A DNA stretch of 52,668 bases, the filler included, from Sphacelaria rigidula (taxonomy: Eukaryota), in assembly GCA_964200075.2 (NCBI GenBank). It is 2 parts of 2 records of this genome, joined end to end, with 100 filler letters (N's around TTAATTAATTAA, not from the genome) between each part and the next. Parts side by side here need not be neighbours in the genome. Positions count along the whole stretch, not along the records: positions 26,385 to 52,668 come from CAXNAA020000144.1; 1 more part is not named here. One strand, given 5' to 3'. The position numbers were made by a program, and so were the translations under genes. How positions within the stretch are numbered: position 1 is the first letter of the stretch; the number at the start of each line of letters is the position of its first letter. This document shows positions 47,048 to 52,668 of the stretch, in pieces. Under the pieces are notes generated by a model. The model had not been told where the DNA came from. It was given only the letters and a program-made list of their open reading frames with translations, and did no database searches.

Positions 47048-47345
47048 CCCTTAGACCGCGACGGTAGGTCACCTGCTGAATCGGCATCAATATTCACTTG
47101 AAAAAAGTATTCGTGATGCAGATGGACTACCCGCACCGCGGCCCTTCAATCGCGAGGGTAGGCGATTTACTGAATCGGCACCAATTTCACTTGAAAAAGT
47201 ATGTGTGATCCAGGTGGACTACTCGCATCGCGGTCCAAGGGTTAACCCTTAGAGGGCAAGAGTAGATCATCTGTTGAATCGGCATCAATTCCACTTCCAG
47301 AAGTATGCGTGATCCAGATGGACTACCCTCCTCGCAGTCTCAGGG
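47048..47345 (+). mobile_element. Tandem stack of about three piggyBac-like MITEs in unit B
   Basis: CCCTTAGACCGCGACGGTAGGTCACCTGCTGAATCGGCATC... units, with a GGGTTAACCC junction near 47239-47248. Confidence 0.7.
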
Positions 47346-48882
47346 TTATTCTTTTGGGACCTTCTACCCCACAATCGTGTGTTAGCGGCATGTAAAAATG
47401 TTTTCGTGAGATTGAGAGTAGGGCGTTGATAGAGAGTGGGTTCTACCATTCGCTGCCAATTATTCATTTCGCGTGTGCTTTTCTTTGCCTGCATCACTGG
47501 CGTGTGCTTATAGCTACACGTCGATATCCTACTCAGGGATATCAAGGGCTTCAGACCATCGTTTTTATGGCAGTCACCAATCTCGATTATTTTTAACATC
47601 GGGGGAAAACAAATCGGAGATGAACGCATCTCCTGGACCAAATCGGGGGAGGAAAGATCGGGGTGTCGCGATCTCGGAACGATTTCTCCCGATTTTTTAA
47701 AATGATCCGGAGATCATTCCGAGATCGTGACTCCCCCCGAGTTTGAGGAGGTGACGTAGGTGCTTTGACGTACAATGGAAGGGTAGGAGACGTTTGATAC
47801 TTCCGCAATTGCAGCAGAAGAGAGTCTCCTGACAGCGCAGGGCGTGCCTGCCCGCACCAGTTGCTGAAGCAGCTTTGCACGGCGTGTGACAAATGAATAA
47901 TAAGTGCTGACGCCGTACCCTGCGGCGATGGTACTACTTGATGCTGCGCTGCGCTGCCACATGTACCACTATTATAACAAAGAGCAATGTACTCTCATCG
48001 TCTGTTGTCGCTGTACTTGAGGCGTGATGTATGGCACTGCACTACTGAACTCTGCTCGCGCAGTCTTTGTTCACTTTTCTCGTAATACCGACTGTGCCGT
48101 CATGTGCTACCACACGGCATTGCCATGCACTGTAATGATGGAGTGTCCTGCACTGTATTACCCTCGGGTAACAAGGTACGACATTGTACTCGAAGGATTA
48201 GTCACCGCCTGCCTGCTCGTTGGCTTCATGCACGAGTACGCAGTACCACACTTATCATGCAGGAAATGACCGTTTGTGTACAGAACTGTTTCGCAAATCT
48301 TTGATACCGTCTGTACCATCAAATGATCCCCCCGACTTCGAGTTTGCGAATTTCAAGTCTAAAAAAAATCAAGATTCGTTGCCATAAGAGTGGTAAGCTA
48401 CTCCAAAAAGAATCTCGGGTCTCGTGGAGAGGCATTTCGGAACTGCAACTTTTCGGTCGAGTTTTGTCGATGTTTGAAGGTTAATATGAGTTCGTTTTGC
48501 GCAGATATCCCAGACGGAGGAAAGTTGGAAATTCACGGTTAATTTTTGCTTCTTCAGCATTAGTGTCTTTTGCCTCCTTTCGATTCTTCATTCGTTCGGG
48601 TTTTATAGTTGTTTGAAGGTTGAAATGAGTTCATCTCGCGTTGATTTCTCGGACGGAGACTGGGTGGAGCTTCACGGCTACCTTTTTCGTCGTGCAAAAT
48701 TAGTGCCTTTTGCCCCGTTTCGATTATTTTTCGGTCGGGTTTTATCGTAGTCGATGATGTTTCAAAGTAAAAAAAGACAAAAAAAAAGAGAATATCTCAA
48801 TGTCGAAAGAGTCATCTCTCAATCATATCCTCGCCTCTAAGCACTCGTGTATGTGGGCGACGGCTGATGCCCATATCATCAA

Positions 48883-48984
48883 CCCTTAGACCGCGATGCA
48901 GGTAGCCCATCTTGATCACGCATATTTCTTTTTCAAGTGATTATTGATGCCGATTCATCAGGTGACCTACCCTCGCGGCCAAGG
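48883..48984 (-). mobile_element. Single piggyBac-like MITE, present in unit B only
   Basis: TCAA-CCCTTAGACCGCG...CTACCCTCGCGGCCAAGGG-TTAA. The equivalent site in unit A (near 44475) is empty. Confidence 0.72.
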
Positions 48985-50272
48985 GTTAACCTTCACCTTG
49001 GCAATCGCTCCATTTAGCGGTGGCGCGAAGCGCCGAAAACCTTGTATCAATTCATTCATTCATATTTTTCGCCGTTGAAGAGCCTTGGATGCAGGTGCAC
49101 TTTTTTCACTTGATTTTAGAGCACATTTTTTCGCGCCCGTTTCATTCTCCCTGAAGCTCTGAGAAGCCAGCATAGCCTCTTACTTGATTTTAGAGTACAA
49201 CGAAGTACAGCGAAACGGAGTCATCGTTCTCTCAATCTCTGACACGTTTTCCGCTTCCATTTCGCTAGACCGCTTCCATTTCGCTAGACATTTCGCTTCA
49301 GGTCGATTCGGGAGCATCGCTTTTATCGCTTTCCCGACAGTGTTCTGCATGGTGTTTTCATCCATGTAGTTCCGCCCTTTTTTCCTCGCCGTCGAAGTAG
49401 ACCCTTCGTTCGTCCACCCTTCGTTCGTCCACCTCACACCGCATACAAGCCTTCCAATCGCTCCGCCGTTTTTGGTCAGAATCCCAGAACGTTCACAGAA
49501 GCTCTGAGAACCGAGCATTTCCCCGTACTATGGTGAGTCGCGAACTTTACCGGTGTACCGACCAGAACACAGAACAGAACGTCTCTGCTATCATGAGTCG
49601 TGGACTTTCCCAGCGTCTCTGCCCGGTTCTCTCAACCTCTTACAAGCATTACTTCATTTCACAGTATCACAGTACACGTTTTCCGCTTCCATTCCGCTAG
49701 ACATTTCGCTTCAGGAGGTTTCAGGAGCATCGCTTTCCCGGCAGTGTTTTGCATAGTATGAATTGTGTCCTGTTTTTTCAAGTGAAAGTGATCACGATTC
49801 ATGAGAGGACCTGACCCGGCAGTCAAACGGTCTCATCATCTGATTAATCGGCATCACTTTCACTTGAAGAAATAGAACAAAGCAAACCAGGATACCGGGA
49901 GCCGAGTTTGACATACCTCTATCGTGATGTGGGATTGAAAATGTCGATAGTCACTGCGGTTACGGGCGTTTTTGCGGTGCAATAGTGCTGGACCCATGGT
50001 TGCGAACACTGGCGTGTGTCCGTCACAAGTCTTTGTCCTCGGGTGATTGGGCGGCGCAATAATATTTTGTCTAATGGTACGAGTGTTCCCGGGCGTGTGT
50101 TCGTCGACGGTGTGCGATGTTTTCTATTTGTTGCTGTGTGTGGAGAACGTGAATGCGTGTCTCCGTGTGTGTTCTTCGACGGTGGAGATTGTCGTTACCC
50201 GTTTCTGCAGGTGCGATTATATATCAATAAACCTCTTTTTCATATCCTGCCCCCGGGACATCTGTCACCATA

Positions 50273-51281
50273 CGAGCTGGGCCAGCCTAGAGGCGGATTT
50301 ATAGTTTCCACGCCCATTCGTCGGCCAATATTTTGAGTTGGACCCTGAAATTTGGTACGGAGAATAAACAGGGCACAATAAAAAAAATTACGATGTACCC
50401 ATTTTTCTTTTTTTCGTGAGTTGAGGACATTTTACTGTCACCTAAAAACTGATTATTGCCCTAAATTCATTGGAAGAAAAAAATCTTAGGATATGTGCGT
50501 AATTTTTTTCATGTGCCCTGTGCATTGTCCATATCAAATTTCAGGGGCCAACTCAAAATATTGGTCGACGAGTGAGCGGTTTAGTAACCGGGTCGGTAGA
50601 AATTCGGAACAGTATTTTGCAGGCCACTTACCGATCCACGTTTGGTGTTTGTGTATTGAAACTTTGTCTGGGACCTCGCTAGGGGATAATGAACCAAATA
50701 AATGGGTCAGGTTAGTACTCATTTATTCTTCACTGGTTTAGTAGGGCGTTTTAGCGTGGGAACGACCATATTTTCACGAGAACGTCCGAACCTCTCCCCT
50801 CCAAAAAAAACGAAGGCCCATTTTTTTCATTCAGCATACCTCTGCGGTCCTTCATCCTAAGTTTCAAATCAAAACTCTAAAAATTGAGCTAAACAGCTGA
50901 GATAAGGCCGGAGAGCGGTGTTCATTTCTCCTCAAAACTGCCCGAAAAACCCGAAATAAATGAAAAAATAAATAAATGAAAGACCTGCTGTTTTAGCTTC
51001 ATTGTGCACTAGCGGCTATCCATATGAAATTTCATAGAACAACTCTCGAAAACTGAGACGCGAGATCGATTTTAGTATGGAGCCTTATGTGCGCCATATC
51101 TCGAGATACATGACGAATTAGGTGAACGTGAGGATATATATCGTCTCCCAGTGCTCCGGGGAATGTCCAGAGTGAAAGTCGTTGCCATCCGCTGATTGCA
51201 TCGCTTGGGGTTCCATATGAATCTTAGTCGATGAGATATTGCTTCGAGAGCCTCAATCCGTTTCTAGGCTGGCCCAGCTCG
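50273..51281. mobile_element. Complete 1009-bp non-autonomous Tc1/mariner-like element
   Basis: 27-bp TIRs CGAGCTGGGCCAGCCTAGA(GG/AA)CGGATT flanked by TA on both sides (50271-50272 and 51282-51283). No transposase ORF. Confidence 0.85.
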
Positions 51282-51449
51282 TACGCACACAGCGGAAAAT
51301 ACTCCACTTAAAAGTATGACCTGTGCCGTTGCGTAATGCGAGCTACGATGACCGGTTCTCATGTAACTTGGCTGTCGATCTCATTGAGCGTGGCGGCGGA
51401 AGCCGCCGAACCTCTTGTATATATATATATATATATATATTGACCTCGT

Positions 51450-51710
51450 GTGGCAATGAATATATTGCTCGACATATGCATAATGGCGCTTTACCGTACC
51501 AACATATTACTCGAGCAATATATACTGAGGTGGCGCGTTTAGTGACTGTTGTTCGGTCGATATATATTGCATGTCGCGAGCCTTGACATATTGATGACAA
51601 TATATATAATATATATATATTGATCCGTTTCTCGTTCCATCATATTGCTCGACCAACATATTTTGGACCCCCGACGCGTCGACACAATGGGCGGGCAAAA
51701 TATCTTACAT
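51450..51710. repeat. Diverged minisatellite related to 37943-38228
   Basis: Recurrent CATATTGCTCGACCAA.ATAT.TTG-type units at roughly 43-bp spacing next to (TA)n tracts. Confidence 0.5.
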
Positions 51711-52383
51711 ATTTTGTATTATTCAGGGTGTGGAAATACATCGCTTCCTTTTCAGTCACATTTCATGCGCTGCTCTGTCACGCCTTTTATGTCTCTTAGG
51801 AGTAAAAACTCGTCTGTCAACAGCGCACGTGGAGCAGAAAGTGAGTGCTACACTGACAGGGTCGCACTCATGATACGATACGACAACTGGTCAATCAATT
51901 GACGGTTGAAGCAGAGGAGAGTACAGTACAGTCGAAAAGAGTGAGAACTCACGCAATGACGCAATGCAAATTTTGGCAAGCGAGTCCGCTGCCACTTGTA
52001 GTACTGGCGTTAGACTTGGTGATTTTGATACTTCGGCTTCGATTCACAGCACACTTATACCACATCTGAGGGCCAGCGCCGGCTTATTTTCGTGATGTAG
52101 GGGGGGAGAGCAAATGTTCGAGTTTTGCGTGACAAATGCCATCTTTTTTCGCGCTCGTTGTGATTCGCTACCGGACCCCTTGTTTCGGTCACACAAGAGT
52201 CACAACGTCGCACACCACAAGGCAGAAAACGAGAAGTGTGAGAAAACATTTCATATTTATTACCTTGCATTGACAAGTTAGCCTCCGCCCAAACGAACTT
52301 GTGCGTAACAATTCCAACTCATGGTAAGTAGCATAACCGTATGGGGTGTTTGGCAATGTAAAGGGGGTTTACCCATGATCTTG

Positions 52384-52603
52384 TATGCCGTAGTCATGAG
52401 ACGATTGACGTCGCATCCCTCCAAAGCCGGGCTTTCGCCCGACCAACCTCGCTATCACCACGCGCGGAACGCCGTGACGTGTTCGACGAGTCGCATAAAG
52501 GATGAGCTGCATCCTGCTGAGGTTGTTCGGCCCGAAGCATACTGACTAACTTGCATAAGGATGACAGCCTCGAATGAATTGCTTCATTTTCTGGTGTCGC
52601 CAC
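52384..52603. repeat. Dispersed repeat, copy 2 (homologous to 5445-5672)
   Basis: Direct alignment by eye with 5445-5672. Confidence 0.75.
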
Positions 52604-52668
52604 CTCCATATGTAAAGGGGAGGGGGGGGGGGGGGGGGAAAGTAAGTTTTAAAATGGTAATTCTTTTT

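Larger units (their letters stand above)
44533..49044 (+). mobile_element. Composite ~4.5 kb repeat unit B, head-to-tail with unit A
   Basis: Same order of sub-blocks as unit A with substitutions and independent indels. Ends in the same hairpin and CTTG. Confidence 0.75.

Noticed and set aside
39264..47962. Similar ORF pairs in units A and B (e.g. 39803-40288 and 45005-45364) as duplicated genes
   Set aside because: Starts, stops and frames differ between copies and no domain is recognisable; the similarity reflects the DNA duplication.

Overview
Eukaryotic, intron-rich and repeat-rich genomic DNA, most likely from a brown alga (Phaeophyceae). That inference rests on mannuronan C-5-epimerase-like exons and the style of the retroelement. 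Most ORFs in the supplied track are noise; the real genes are spliced and I reconstructed them by hand from GT-AG sites and reading-frame phase. (1) The 3' three exons of an alginate mannuronan C-5-epimerase (minus, 4564-7283), with no visible catalytic DPHD exons. (2) A four-transmembrane claudin/PMP22-superfamily-like gene (minus, 20105-25227). (3) The 3' four exons of an SRSF1/SR34-like splicing factor (plus, 26543-28149), directly after an artificial N-TTAATTAATTAA-N scaffold linker. (4) The large last exon of a DNAJC17/Cwc23-like RRM protein (minus, 34411-35700). There is also a weakly supported three-exon orphan fragment (17671-18466). The rest is transposon-derived: a decayed Ty3/gypsy pol end, tRNA-derived SINEs, several MITE families, minisatellites, and a head-to-tail tandem of a ~5 kb composite unit (39265-49045). 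That unit has a rolling-circle-type GGCGCGAAGCGCC hairpin at its junctions and carries stacked ~100 bp piggyBac-like MITEs joined at TTAA sites. I found no CRISPR array, rRNA or functional tRNA, and I cannot establish a new system from sequence alone. All family assignments are by motif recognition, not database search.
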